Shown here: piece by piece, positions 13,263 through 27,191 of the stretch | Layout of the letters: each line of letters starts with the position of its first letter | Position numbering within the stretch: position 1 is the first letter of the stretch | Source of the DNA: Eledone cirrhosa | Lineage: Eukaryota | Direction: 5' to 3' | Assembly (NCBI GenBank): GCA_964016885.1 | Contig: OZ024741.1 | Coordinates: forward strand, 319,362,001 to 319,426,000 | Length of the DNA: 64,000 bases | Notes under the pieces: model-generated | Databases searched by the model: none | What the model was told of the DNA's origin: nothing | What the model saw: the letters and a program-made list of their open reading frames with translations, nothing else | Made by a program: the position numbers and the translations under genes

Positions 13263-13401
13263 AGGACATACGAATGGCACAGTTCTAGACCTTACAAGTT
13301 ATAAGAGATGTCAACATGAATGGACCTGTTATTTTTATCTAAATATATTTTTTCCAATTCCACCCCACCCGTCCTTTCAATCTATCTTATTTCTCATTCT
13401 T

Positions 13402-13437
13402 TCTTCTGATGAAGGACTAGCGTCCGAAACGTTAAGA
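13402..13437 (+). ncRNA. Minimal hammerhead ribozyme motif
   Basis: TCTT CTGATGA A GGAC TAGC GTCC GAAA CG TT AAGA; palindromic AACGTT stem III. Confidence 0.75.
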
Positions 13438-13546
13438 CCCTCTGCTATCTCAAGCGTTAACCTAATATATTCCTTCCATATACTGTACCGATTGTGTTGT
13501 TATTTTTGTTTACATTTTACACACGCCCCCCCCCCCCCCCCCACAA

Positions 13547-13606
<60 letters not shown>

Positions 13607-13629
13607 CCCCCCCCCCACACACAAATATT

Positions 13630-13870
13630 GTCTTTCGTCTCTTACTACTTTGGAAAGCGTTTGGCTTATGTCAGACGCTGTGACCCCGGATGGACCAGCA
13701 GTACCGTTGGTAAGGGTCAAATCTGCCAAAGTCCATCTCAGCGGCCGATGACCATGGAGTTCTGTGCCTTTCGTTTGTATATTTAACTTTTTAAGATTTC
13801 CCCTTAAAAAATTGTTTTTAGTTTTGTTTTATTTCCGTTCGTTGTTTTGTCGTTTGTTTGTTAATTTTCT
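13630..13870 (+). mobile_element. Dispersed repeat, probable LINE 3' end
   Basis: Homologous inverted copy at about 18830-19035. Confidence 0.5.
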
Positions 13871-14002
13871 TAAGTTTATATATATATATATATTGTGTGT
13901 TGGTTGTTTACCGACACGTCAGTACGCAGGTAGGAGGAGCACTCAACGAAGTGCGCAGGTTGCTTTGTTCACTTCGGAGTAACGTAAATAATTGTTCCTA
14001 CG

Positions 14003-14170
14003 TTTGGCACAAGGCCAGAAATTACCCAGTGCATTACTGGTACTTTATTTTATCGACCCCGTAAGAATGAAAGGCAAAGTTAACCTCGGCGGGATTTGAA
14101 CTCAGAATGGCAAGGGTTGTAACTCTATGCGTCAAAGCATGACGTCCGACCCTCTACCGATACTGCCAGT
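14003..14170 (-). mobile_element. tRNA-derived SINE family 1
   Basis: B-box-like GAGTTCAAATCC on the minus strand plus the shared core. Confidence 0.88.
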
Positions 14171-14199
14171 AAATAATAAGTGTAAGTCAAACATGTTAA

Positions 14200-14577
14200 A
14201 GTTGGCTTCGTTTATTCCAATTCGCTGCTATACATATTTCAGTGACAGCCATTATTGGTTGTGACCTCATCAGGCAGTAAAATTTTAGGCAGAAAAACAA
14301 GAAAACATGATGTTGTAATGGTTTCTACCCTGTTAATTCATCGATATGTTCATCTCATGGGTGTGTTGTTAGCCCTCACGTATGATTCCAGTTCCTTTGA
14401 GGACTAACAACACACCAAGGAGCTGGACATATCGATGAATTAACAGGGTAGAACCCATTACAACATCATGTTTTCCTGTTTTTTCTGCCTAAATTCTTAC
14501 TGCCTGATGAGGTCACAGCGAATAATGGCTGTCACTGAAATATGTATAGCAGCGAATTGGAATAAACGAAGCCAACT
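14200..14577. repeat. About 178-bp inverted repeat (fold-back), each arm with a hammerhead (14225-14277 minus; 14500-14552 plus)
   Basis: Arms 14200-14378 and 14398-14577. CTGC CTGATGA GGTCACAGC..GCTGTCACT GAAA TATGTA TA GCAG. Confidence 0.85.
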
Positions 14578-14599
14578 ATCAGTGATACAATTTATGGAG

Positions 14600-15400
<801 letters not shown>

Positions 15401-15404
<4 letters not shown>

Positions 15405-16003
15405 AAAGAATAGAGGTGTAACACACAAGTTATTATATATTGGTAAACGGAATAGAAAATGCTGACAAATTGTTCACAGGTTGAAAAATGGTTTAATTAG
15501 GAATAAAAGAGTATTAGTGATTGTATGGGTTAGTATTCAGTTGTGGTTTTAAGTTTTTAAGTTTTTACCGGTTGCGCATTTCTAAATGCTTTTCAAAAAT
15601 AATTTTGAGATAGAGTGTCCGTGCTGTTTGCTCTGATCTGATTAGTTTTGGGAATTCTACAACAGTCTTGGCGCAAAATCAATTTTTTACATTCACATGA
15701 CCTCTACCGACCAATCAAAATTGTTTTGACCACAAGAATTTTTGCAACACCAAAGTAACGCTGGAGCCACTTTTTTAACATAAAAACAGGTAGAATTCCC
15801 AAAACTAATCAGATCAGAGCAAACAACACGGACACTATCTCAAAATTATTTTTGAAAAGCATTTAGAAATGCGCAACCGGTAAAAACTTAAAAACTTAAA
15901 ACCACAACGGAATACTAACCCATACAATCACTAATACTCTTTTATTCCTAATTAAACCATTTTTCAACTGTGAACAATTTGTCAGCATTTTTTATTCCGT
16001 TTA

Positions 16004-16010
<7 letters not shown>
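15401..16010. repeat. About 225-bp inverted repeat with 130-bp spacer, flanked by (TA)n
   Basis: Arms about 15435-15660 and 15791-16010; left arm has a ~35-bp extension. Confidence 0.9.
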
Positions 16011-16044
<34 letters not shown>

Positions 16045-16049
<5 letters not shown>

Positions 16050-16159
16050 ACGTCAAAACGGCTGGTCGCAAAAGTGAAACTAAATTTTGACAGTTACGTA
16101 CGTCATTATTTTCAATTTGTATTGTGAAATTGTTTGTTTTTTTACAATATATATATGCC

Positions 16160-16231
<72 letters not shown>

Positions 16232-16268
16232 GAAAGTATAGAAATAATTGTGAGCGGGAAGCCAACAG

Positions 16269-16311
<43 letters not shown>

Positions 16312-16386
16312 TATATGTCTGTATATACATACATATATATTGTGTGTGTGTATATACATATATATGTGTGTATGTATATATATACG

Positions 16387-16418
<32 letters not shown>

Positions 16419-16579
16419 TGTATGTATGTATGTATGTATGTATGTATGTATGTATGCATATATATATATATATATAGGCATAAAAAACAAACAATTTCAC
16501 AATCCAAAATTAAAGTAATGACGTACGTAACTGTCAAAAATTAGTTTCACTTTTGCGACCGGCCGTTTTAACATATGCC
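16045..16579. mobile_element. Two inverted ~100-bp MITE-like copies (16045-16159, 16477-16579), each bounded by GGCATA...TATGCC in TA context
   Basis: Direct observation of inverted homology and 6-bp terminal inverted repeats. Confidence 0.65.
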
Positions 16580-16619
16580 TATATATATGTATATATATAT
16601 ATATATATATACACATTCA

Positions 16620-16900
16620 TTTAGGTTTGTTGGTTCACCACTGGATAGAACTGGTCATTCCGTATGGTCAACCTCGATGTAATAATAGGGAGAGCACTCG
16701 ACGTAATGCAACTCACTCGTCTTCGTTTGTGTTGGTGGTGGTGCGAGTACGGAGTTAATTATTATAAAATAACAGGAGGCTGGACTGGTGTAATTCCTTA
16801 AAGGTTTATTATACTTTGAGGATTTCAATGACCGGGTTCAGTTTGAATCCGGTGACATCATCAGGTATTCGAAATTTAACAAAGGAATATAATCCATGGG
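16620..16900 (-). mobile_element. PLE-type pLTR/tail fragment with hammerhead-like motif at 16811-16868
   Basis: ATAC CTGATGA TGTCACCGGATTCA AAC TGAACCCGGTCATT GAAA TCC TC AAAGTAT. Tail homologous to 58812-58910. Confidence 0.6.
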
Positions 16901-16956
16901 GCTGAAAAGGCAGAGAGACAAGAAGGCGGCCACACATTTAGCAGTTTCTAGTTCAT

Positions 16957-17040
<84 letters not shown>

Positions 17041-17459
17041 TGTTTACATGCTTCTATATTTATAAACACGTACACACGCACTCATAATATAAGTATAGTA
17101 TAGCATTCACACACACACATTGGTAGAGGTAACTATAAATAACTAGATCTTTAGCATTCCATTGCAGCAGCCAAAACAGACCTCACCTTGCTGTTTGAAG
17201 GTTGTTGGATTTGCGGAAGTAGGTAGTTTTAGTATTGGTATTGGTAGTGATGGTAGTGGCAGTTGCTGGTGGTTTGGTAGTGTGTTATGTTGGTGGTATG
17301 GTGGTTGTGTGTCATGGTGGAGTTAATGGTAGTAGTGCGTTACTGATTTATATATTGTTTGTAGGAAAGGCTTTGGTGTTCGTAGTGTCGGTAGTATGGC
17401 GATGCTTTGGTTTAGCCCGAGGTCTGCACTGATATCACTGTTCTTTATATTTTGGTATT

Positions 17460-17790
17460 GAGGTGGTCGTGAAACTACATGATTTATTGGGTAGAGTCTT
17501 GGGCCCACGATCGTAAAATCGTGAGTTCGGTTCATGAACCGGGTGGTGCGTTGTGTTCTTGTTCAAGACACTATTTCATGATGCTCCAGCCCATAAATGA
17601 GGTGAAAGTGTATTTCAAATAGCCAGCTTTATAACAGACTGTGTCACGCTGAATATCCTTCAGAACTATGTCAATCCTTTGACGTAGTTCTCACGTGGAA
17701 TGTTCAGTCACTCATATGTTAATTTCACTAGTAGGCTGTTCTGTTGTTCGAACAACCGAAATACCCGTCATTGGTCTCGACAGAGGTCTA
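17460..17790 (+). mobile_element. tRNA-derived SINE family 2, decayed
   Basis: tRNA-like head (gtgagttcggttc) and ttgtgttcttgttcaagaca core; homologous to 42333-42640 and 63625-63890. Confidence 0.7.
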
Positions 17791-18204
17791 ACACATATAA
17801 CTAATGTGGTAATATTGGCTTTGGTCATCTTATTTATTGAATAAAATTAACACAATGAACTGATGCCCCAATTTAAGAAAGAATACCATCCTTTCTGGGT
17901 GCGTTTCCATCGGCATATTTCAGACCTGCCAACCTCTAAAGACTCAAAGTACCATGAAAAAAAGTGCCCCAAAACGGGGAGAAATGAGGGAAAATGGGGA
18001 GATTTTACATAATGAAAGCTATACCAATTTTCACAAGAGAAGACACCTCTCACCTACCCCAAAGTGGGTGGAGATCTCCTCGTCGGACGGGGAGAGTTGA
18101 CAGATCTGATATTTAGTTAATATGTTTTTAGTGCCGCTATGGACCCTTTGACAACAACAATAACAAGAGAAAAAAAGAGAGAAACTAACTGCTTACTCAT
18201 ATCC

Positions 18205-18398
18205 AGCTGGATTGGTAGAATTGGTAAAGCTTTGGATATAATGCCACTGCAGTATTTATTCTGGCTCTTAACATTCTGAGTTCAAATTCTGTCAACTTTG
18301 CCATTCATTCTTCCGGGATTGATAAAGTATCAGTAAAATATTGGGGTAGATTTTCCCTCCCTTCAAATTATTGTCCTTGTGCCAATGTTAGAAACAAT
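18205..18398 (+). mobile_element. SINE family 1, decayed
   Basis: ttctgagttcaaattct..ctttgccattcattcttccgggattgataaa..ccttgtgccaatgttagaaacaat. Confidence 0.7.
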
Positions 18399-18490
18399 AT
18401 GTGGACAAAATTTCAGGACCATAATTCACATCAGCAATTCAAATAATTTTAGATACTTTTATATAATTATATTTTGGGAGATATAATATA

Positions 18491-18568
18491 CAGAGTGTCC
18501 CCCAAAATGTATACACACTTCAGTAAAATTCTAATAAAAGTGTGTATACATTTTGTGGCGACATCCTG
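18491..18568. mobile_element. Tc1/mariner-type mini-MITE
   Basis: About 30-bp terminal inverted repeats cagagtgtcccccaaaatgtatacacactt / aagtgtgtatacattttgtggcgacatcctg, 5' TA. Confidence 0.7.
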
Positions 18569-19130
18569 GATATTGAAATTAAATTTTCAGTGTACTCACA
18601 ATTTTCGAATAATCGTCCCCACCACCGCTTATTAAATTTTGCTAATCTATCTCCGGCGAAATTTTTCTTTATACATTAAAAAAACATTAAACATGAACAA
18701 AAAGTACATTACTAGAAATCCCATAAGTTACAAAATAAATAAGATGGGTTGGGGTTTCGATATTTAAACTAAATCAAAAGTTCTGATTTAAAAAAAAATC
18801 AACGGAAAATTAACAAAGAGAGGACAAGACAACGAACGGAAACAAGACAAAACGAAAAACAATTTTTTTAAGGGGAAACCTTAAAAAATTAATTAAAAAA
18901 ATAAAAATACAAGCGAACAGAACTCCAGGGTCATCGGCCGTTGAGATGAACTTTAGCAGTTTCGACCCCTACCAACGGTACTGCTGGTCCACCATGCCGT
19001 CTGACACAAGCCAAACGCTGTCCAGCGAAAGACAAAACATTAATTTATAGCAGTCAAGCTACAAGTACACATAGAATTTTATGTGACGCCAGGAAAAAAG
19101 TGTGGTGCCTCTTATAGCACGAGTGTAATG

Positions 19131-19256
<126 letters not shown>

Positions 19257-19286
19257 ATAGAATAGGAGACGAGATCATGTAGCAAC

Positions 19287-19376
19287 CATATCTGACGATC
19301 CTTGGATTACAGAGTCAGGTTCGATCTATAATAGGTCTTTCCTCGAGCTGATCGATAGTGAAACATATGTAATATG
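19287..19376 (+). ncRNA. Hammerhead motif with extended stem II region
   Basis: CATAT CTGACGA ..61 nt.. GAAA CATATG TA ATATG; perfect 5-bp stem I, palindromic stem III. Confidence 0.72.
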
Positions 19377-19444
19377 TTATTAAATATGTTATGATGCAAC
19401 ACTGAATCTTTGTTCCTTTACCCTTATAGTATATATATATATAT

Positions 19445-20190
19445 TTGAGTGAGTTGGAATTTGGCCGGAGTATAGCTAAAAGCTTTCTCCGATAATGTAT
19501 TTATTTATTTACTCTTGGTCCAACAGATATGAAATTCCCGATATAAGGTTTGACTCTCTTTGTTTATTTTTTTATATATGAATATTGATTGTTTCTTGTA
19601 TCTCATTCTGTTATTTTGCCCGAGAAAATATCTATGTGTGTCATCAAACGTTGTACACAGATATTTTTTCAAGTTCCAATTGAGTTCTAGCACGTGGCCT
19701 GAATTCCTTTTTGAATTCATTGTCCTGCGCATGTATTGTATTTTTGGCGGTAATATACTTCCTCATTTTTGAATCAGTTTGAGTATTTCTTTAGAACTGC
19801 TGGAGTAGCAACCTAACAGATACCTCAGGCAGTGATGGTGATTATCGCTAAATATTGATATTGGTTAGATTATCAATATTAGTATTATTGGGCACCCACT
19901 GAAGAATTATAAGAGCCCACTTGAATATATATCTGTTGATCTTATACAAGCTCCTACATAAATTGGTATAATTTCACCCAAATTGTAGGAATCTTATAAT
20001 GAAACAGACGTCCGTCTGGGAAGAGATATATTCGATATATCTCATATGAAATAATACAGCCAATTTTCCACACAATACAATTAGTTAGCACCCCGAACGC
20101 ATAATTGGGAATATACTCACTTATTTCCTAATGTTTGTTGAGTGAGTTGGAATTTGGCCGGAGTATAGCTAAAAGCTTTCTCCGATAATG

Positions 20191-20196
<6 letters not shown>
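19445..20196. repeat. 750-bp segment bounded by ~60-bp direct repeats (19446-19504, 20138-20196), flanked by (TA)n
   Basis: ttgagtgagttggaatttggccggagtatagctaaaagctttctccgataatgtatttat occurs at both ends. Confidence 0.85.
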
Positions 20197-20233
<37 letters not shown>

Positions 20234-20237
<4 letters not shown>

Positions 20238-20368
20238 AGCTGAGGATCCGCTAAGGTGAAACAATTGTTCTCGGTATGGTGAACTAACTGTTGTATAACC
20301 ACTTCTACCTAACTCGTCCCATGGACTGAGTGCTCTACCACTACGGATATTACTTTCCATTGTTCTAC

Positions 20369-20372
<4 letters not shown>
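20234..20372 (+). mobile_element. Family C short element between (TA)n tracts with minimal hammerhead at 20236-20273
   Basis: CGAG CTGAGGA TCC GCTAA GGT GAAA CAATTG TT CTCG; truncated homolog at 26309-26380. Confidence 0.78.
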
Positions 20373-20432
<60 letters not shown>

Positions 20433-20434
<2 letters not shown>

Positions 20435-20626
20435 CGAAGGAAGTGTAGTAATAAACCAGGTGGACCATAACGCACCAGAGTACTCAATACTTAGGGTAGT
20501 AGAGTGGGTAATAGGAAAATGTTCAAGACCCCAATGGCAGAGCTCAAGCCGTTCCGACGGCTATTTCTGGATTAAATTAATCGAAACGGCTTGAGCTCTG
20601 CCGTCGGGGTCTTGAACATTTTCCTA
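20433..20626. mobile_element. Family A mini fold-back (PLE copy-2 pLTR end + tail) in (TA)n
   Basis: Homologous to 59230-59370; inverted arm 20581-20626. Confidence 0.88.
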
Positions 20627-21156
20627 TATATATATATATATTGGGAACTCACAGTTTAGACTAGCAAGACCATTATTTAGCTTAGTACTCGAAATTTAAG
20701 AAAGTAGAGCAGATTTTTGCCAAAAGTCATTCCGGCTATGATAACACCGTTCGTATTTGTTTTAAAGATACAATGTTTTTATGGTCATATTGTCCAATAT
20801 GATCATAATTTGGTAGGATTTGAGAGAGATTTGGCTGCTATCTCGAGTAGGTCTCGTTGTTTCGGTGTTGTCGTTGGATGAAGTGTGTTACGAAAATAGC
20901 AACGTTTAATACTACTGAATATACTCTATGTCTCAACTCACAGACACCACCACCAACACCACCACCACCACCACTACCACTACCACCACTACTACTACTA
21001 CTACTAAACACGCAAAAGTGCAGCTGAGTAATAGTTTTCTTATCCAATTAACTGTTTGGCTGTTTGGCTGTCTGATTGCTTGTTTATCTCTCCTACTTCC
21101 TACCCCACCCCACCAAACATAGCATTATATGCACAAACATTGATATGCGTGTAACT

Positions 21157-21261
<105 letters not shown>

Positions 21262-21282
21262 GATATATATGTATATGTATAA

Positions 21283-21340
<58 letters not shown>

Positions 21341-21584
21341 ATCTTTAGAAGGGCCGTAAAGTGGCCTTAAAGTGCTGAACTGCCATACACAACCCCACCC
21401 TCCCAAAGTCTATATCATGCCTATGTCGCAGCTATACGAATTTTTATAGATTAGCTTCGTTAAACTAGATTTATATACTTATTAATATTACCCTCTGCTT
21501 AGTACAACCCCAAAGTACATACAGGAAACTACGCATCGAATGCTGACTTTGGTGAACCAACAGTAACTTGACGTTACAATCCTT

Positions 21585-21669
<85 letters not shown>

Positions 21670-21674
21670 TTAGA

Positions 21675-21817
21675 TAGGAAAAGAGTCAGGACCCCGACGG
21701 CTGAGCTCCGGCCGTTTCGACATCTAGCTGTCGAAACGGCCGGAGCTCAGCCGTTGGGGTCCTGACTCTTTTCCTATTACCCACTCTACTACTCCAAGTA
21801 TCGAGTACTCTGGTGCG
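21675..21817. mobile_element. Family A mini fold-back
   Basis: Near-perfect ~100-nt hairpin 21675-21776 plus truncated tail. Confidence 0.88.
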
Positions 21818-21849
21818 AAGCTAATCCATAATAATTCGTATAGATCTGA

Positions 21850-22135
21850 CACTGGCTTTCATTTCCTACATCATCATTCTCTTGTCATATAGTATTTGGT
21901 ATTCCCCTTTTCCTACCCCCTTCCACATTCATTTCCATCACTCATTTCACCCAGTTACTTTCACCCTTTCCCTACATATGACCCAATCATCTCATTCCAG
22001 TTTTCTTCACAACATCCATTACTGGCTCTATTCCCACCATCCTCTGCAATTCATTATTTGTTATCCTCACTCTGAGCAATATTCCACTCATCCATATTAC
22101 CTTTCTCATTTTTCTTCTTTCCATATGCATACCTT
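21850..22135 (-). mobile_element. Decayed RTE-type LINE 3' fragment
   Basis: MRKVIWMSGILLRVRITNNELQRMVGIEPVMDVVKK..R*LGHM. Confidence 0.65.
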
Positions 22136-22720
22136 TGCAATTGTTGAAGCTTAGGCTCATTTTCTGTGACAAACTGTGCCAGATCATCTAAATTGTAGGA
22201 AGTTTCTCGGAGAATTTCATGGCACAAATTTTGTTGTTGTCTGTTGGTAGATGGCAATCCATACTCATTTAGATCTTTCCCTCCCAAATGATGGAGTTTA
22301 TTCTCAAGCAGTATCAAAGTCTCATTGAGAATATAGTAATTTAATTGAAGGTCAAAGTTTGGATTTTCCATTTGAGCACGATTGAGAACATCCTTTCTTA
22401 GTTCATGCTTGTGATTCTCCCATAGCTGTTTAGGATGGGACAGGTCACATGTGTGAAGCATTATTGCAAATAAATTCTTAAGCTGAGTGGGAGAACTTGA
22501 AACGGCAGCTTCAGTTAACGTGTCATCCCAGTGAGAATCATTTTCTAACAGTCCTTGTCTGTGACACGATTCACGATAAGTTTCACATAGTTGACCATAA
22601 ACCATTCTCAGATCTTGAAAAGACTTTGGTCCTCTAACCACATGAAGTAATGTGCGAAGAAAATAGCATTCAAAGTTGTTTGAATGTATAGTATAGACCC
22701 TTCCAAGTGCACAATCTTTC
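22136..22720 (-). mobile_element. Helitron Rep/helicase internal fragment
   Basis: VRGPKSFQDLR..TYRESC..GLLENDSHWDDTLTEAA..QLKNLFAIML..HPKQLWENHK, the conserved Rep-helicase linker of Helitrons. Confidence 0.88.
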
Positions 22721-22916
22721 TTAATTCCAGGCCATCCTTCAACATCTCTCCCTCTTGCCCACCTCTTCCAAATCTTATTAGTTTGAATCTATATATAGAA
22801 GTTTGGGACTTGTTGGTAGAGAAATGTTGCAGCAAATGAGTTCTGATTACAAAGTTTAAAGAAAGCAGTAAGTGTTGTTTCTGTAGGAGTTTGCATTTAC
22901 TGCATAACCTGCTGGT

Positions 22917-24863
22917 GATTTTGTGTTTTTTTCTCTCTCTCTTACTGTTCCCCCATTCTCTCTGTTTCTCCCCCCCTGTCTTGTCCGTTAACTCTTCCTC
23001 ACACTTTCACTCACTCACTCACTGTTTTTCTCCCTCTTCTCTTCATTTCATCCTGCACTCACGAACGCTATTTTTTCTCTCTCTCAATAGCTTTCGTTTA
23101 TGTTGGTACTTTTCTCTCAGCTCTCATATATTCACCTAGCTTATGCTAAACGAATAATTTTTGAAGCTTGTCTCTCCCCTAAGGTATGCTATATTTTCTG
23201 TTGTTCTCCTGTCTCACTCGCTTTACGCGTTTTAATTGTCCTAATAACTTATTTTGGTTATTATTGCACCGAAGTGAGATATATGATTTTTAATGCAATG
23301 AAATATCTATGATCTTCGGCAAATCACTGATGAGGGACTTATTTTATTACATGTTACCATGTGCGACCTGCAGTATTTTTCTCTATATTTTAATACATAT
23401 ATTTACCACTGCGATTCTGTGTTTTTTTCTCTCTCTCTTACTGTTCCCCCATTCTCTCTGTTTCTCCCCCTCTGTCTTGTCCGTTAACTCTTCCTCACAC
23501 TTTCACTCACTCACTGTTTTTCTCCCTCTTCTCTTCATTTCATCCTGCACTCACGAACGCTATTTTTTCTCTCTCTCAATAGCTTTCGTTTATGTTGGTA
23601 CTTTTCTCTCAGCTCTCATATATTCACCTAGCTTATGCTAAACGAATAATTTTTGAAGCTTGTCTCTCCCCTAAGGTATGCTATATTTTCTGTTGTTCTC
23701 CTGTCTCACTCGCTTTACGCGTTTTAATTGTCCTAATAACTTATTTTGGTTATTATTGCACCGAAGTGAGATATATGATTTTTAATGCAATGAAATATCT
23801 ATGATCTTCGGCAAATCACTGATGAGGGACTTATTTTATTACATGTTACCATGTGCGACCTGCAGTATTTTTCTCTATATTTTAATACATATATTTACCA
23901 CTGCGATTCTGTGTTTTTTTCTCTCTCTCTTACTGTTCCCCCATTCTCTCTGTTTCTCCCCCTCTGTCTTGTCCGTTAACTCTTCCTCACACTTTCACTC
24001 ACTCACTGTTTTTCTCCCTCTTCTCTTCATTTCATCCTGCACTCACGAACGCTATTTTTTCTCTCTCTCAATAGCTTTCGTTTATGTTGGTACTTTTCTC
24101 TCAGCTCTCATATATTCACCTAGCTTATGCTAAACGAATAATTTTTGAAGCTTGTCTCTCCCCTAAGGTATGCTATATTTTCTGTTGTTCTCCTGTCTCA
24201 CTCGCTTTACGCGTTTTAATTGTCCTAATAACTTATTTTGGTTATTATTGCACCGAAGTGAGATATATGATTTTTAATGCAATGAAATATCTATGATCTT
24301 CGGCAAATCACTGATGAGGGACTTATTTTATTACATGTTACCATGTGCGACCTGCAGTATTTTTCTCTATATTTTAATACATATATTTACCACTGCGATT
24401 CTGTGTTTTTTTCTCTCTCTCTTACTGTTCCCCCATTCTCTCTGTTTCTCCCCCTCTGTCTTGTCCGTTAACTCTTCCTCACACTTTCACTCACTCACTG
24501 TTTTTCTCCCTCTTCTCTTCATTTCATCCTGCACTCACGAACGCTATTTTTTCTCTCTCTCAATAGCTTTCGTTTATGTTGGTACTTTTCTCTCAGCTCT
24601 CATATATTCACCTAGCTTATGCTAAACGAATAATTTTTGAAGCTTGTCTCTCCCCTAAGGTATGCTATATTTTCTGTTGTTCTCCTGTCTCACTCGCTTT
24701 ACGCGTTTTAATTGTCCTAATAACTTATTTTGGTTATTATTGCACCGAAGTGAGATATATGATTTTTAATGCAATGAAATATCTATGATCTTCGGCAAAT
24801 CACTGATGAGGGACTTATTTTATTACATGTTACCATGTGCGACATGCAGTATTTTTCTCTATA

Positions 24864-24870
<7 letters not shown>
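22917..24870. repeat. Tandem array of about four 492-bp units
   Basis: Identical ORF translations recur at 492-bp spacing (23100, 23592, 24084, 24576). Confidence 0.97.
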
Positions 24871-24947
<77 letters not shown>

Positions 24948-25254
24948 CATACATACATATATATATATAAACACACACACACATGTATATATAAATACAC
25001 TGTGTGCTGAGTTATGTAAGCGTATCTCTATATATATATTCTTACCTACAAGCTATATAAACACACATGACGACGTCATTTGTGATTACATAATGTTTAT
25101 AATTATCTATGTATTTATGTTAAAATCATTTTTACTCACACACACGTGTGTATAATACCGATGAAAGTCAGAAGATCACTGATGATGGACAGTCCTGTTT
25201 CTTGCTCTATTTTTCATTCATATGTATCGCAACAACGCAGCACGCCATTTTTCA

Positions 25255-25834
<580 letters not shown>

Positions 25835-25891
25835 TATATATATAATGGAAAAAACGAGGAAGTTTCGTTTACTTATAATATATATATAACA

Positions 25892-26076
25892 TGAAAAGAG
25901 TCAGGACCCCGACGGCTGAGCTCCGGCGGTTTCGTCAGCTAGATCTAGCTGTCGAAACGGCCGGGGCTCAGCCGTCGGGGTTCTGACTCTTTTCCTATTA
26001 CCCACTCTACTACCCTAAGTATAGAGTATTCTGATGCGTTATGGTCCACCTGGTATCTTACCACACCTTCTTTGTT
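25892..26076. mobile_element. Family A mini fold-back with full tail
   Basis: Hairpin centred on ctagatctag; tail ends tttgtt(AT)n. Confidence 0.88.
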
Positions 26077-26376
26077 ATATATATATATATATATATATAT
26101 ACAATATATATATATACATACATCAAATGTTTGTCTCCCCCCTCTCCCCCTCTTTCTCTCTTTCTCCCCACCTCTTTCTCTCTCTGGCCTTTTGTCTTTT
26201 ATAGCCTCCCTCTCTTTCTTTTTCTCAATGTTACGACGTTTTAAACAAATACTTTCTTTCCGATTCTCGTACACACTTTTCAAGAGTTTCGGCAATCATA
26301 TCGATCCCAGGTGAAACAATTGTTCTCGGTATGACTGAGTGCTCTACCACTACGGATATTATCTTCCAGTGTTCTA

Positions 26377-26477
<101 letters not shown>

Positions 26478-26822
26478 GTGTTAGAAGGTAAGGCGACACA
26501 AGCAAGAGATGGACAGTTTCCCTCCGTGAGTTGTTTACGGGTCGTGGTTGTTTCGGCGCATTATAAACAGAACATCTATCCATAACGCCCATAGCCTTTT
26601 ATCTATCAAAAAGCCACGAGGGAAAGAAGTGATAGAGAAGAGAGAGAAAAAGAAAGAAAAAAAAAGGTGAATAAAAAAAGTAAAAAAGGAAGTAAAGATA
26701 CCGATAGAAGGGGGAACAAAGGACAATGGCACATGAGTAACCGATTAAGTTAAAAAAAACCGTTGGGTTTACCTTCTAACACTCTTTATCAGTAACCACA
26801 CAGCCTCGCCTTCCTCAATCCA
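26478..26822. repeat. TA-flanked segment with 14-bp inverted ends and short 3' extension
   Basis: gtgttagaaggtaa (26478) / ttaccttctaacac (26769). Confidence 0.5.
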
Positions 26823-27073
26823 TATATATATATATATTATAATAATAACAAAGTGGAGATGTTACATAGCAGATTTGTTGTTCAATCCTGGTTACAAATG
26901 TTTCTCAAGCAGCTGGCTTGTGATCTGGGATGGCACCCCCAGATCAGACTCCAAATCTGCCTGATCCTCAGACCAGTGTTGACACAACAAAAATCACATG
27001 AAATCTGTGGTCGAACCATCAAAAACACAAACAAGGATATAGAATGACCAAACACGGGCCTAGAATTCAACGG

Positions 27074-27121
<48 letters not shown>

Positions 27122-27191
27122 TTATGTTACGGTCGGCACTCGCAAACGAGTATGATATTTATATATATATATATACCAATATATATATATA

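Noticed and set aside
23327-23370. CTGATGA in each 492-bp unit, suggesting a retrozyme array
   Set aside because: No stem II closure, GAAA or stem I partner downstream.
25179-25200. CTGATGA TGGAC A GTCC
   Set aside because: No GAAA and no stem III follow.
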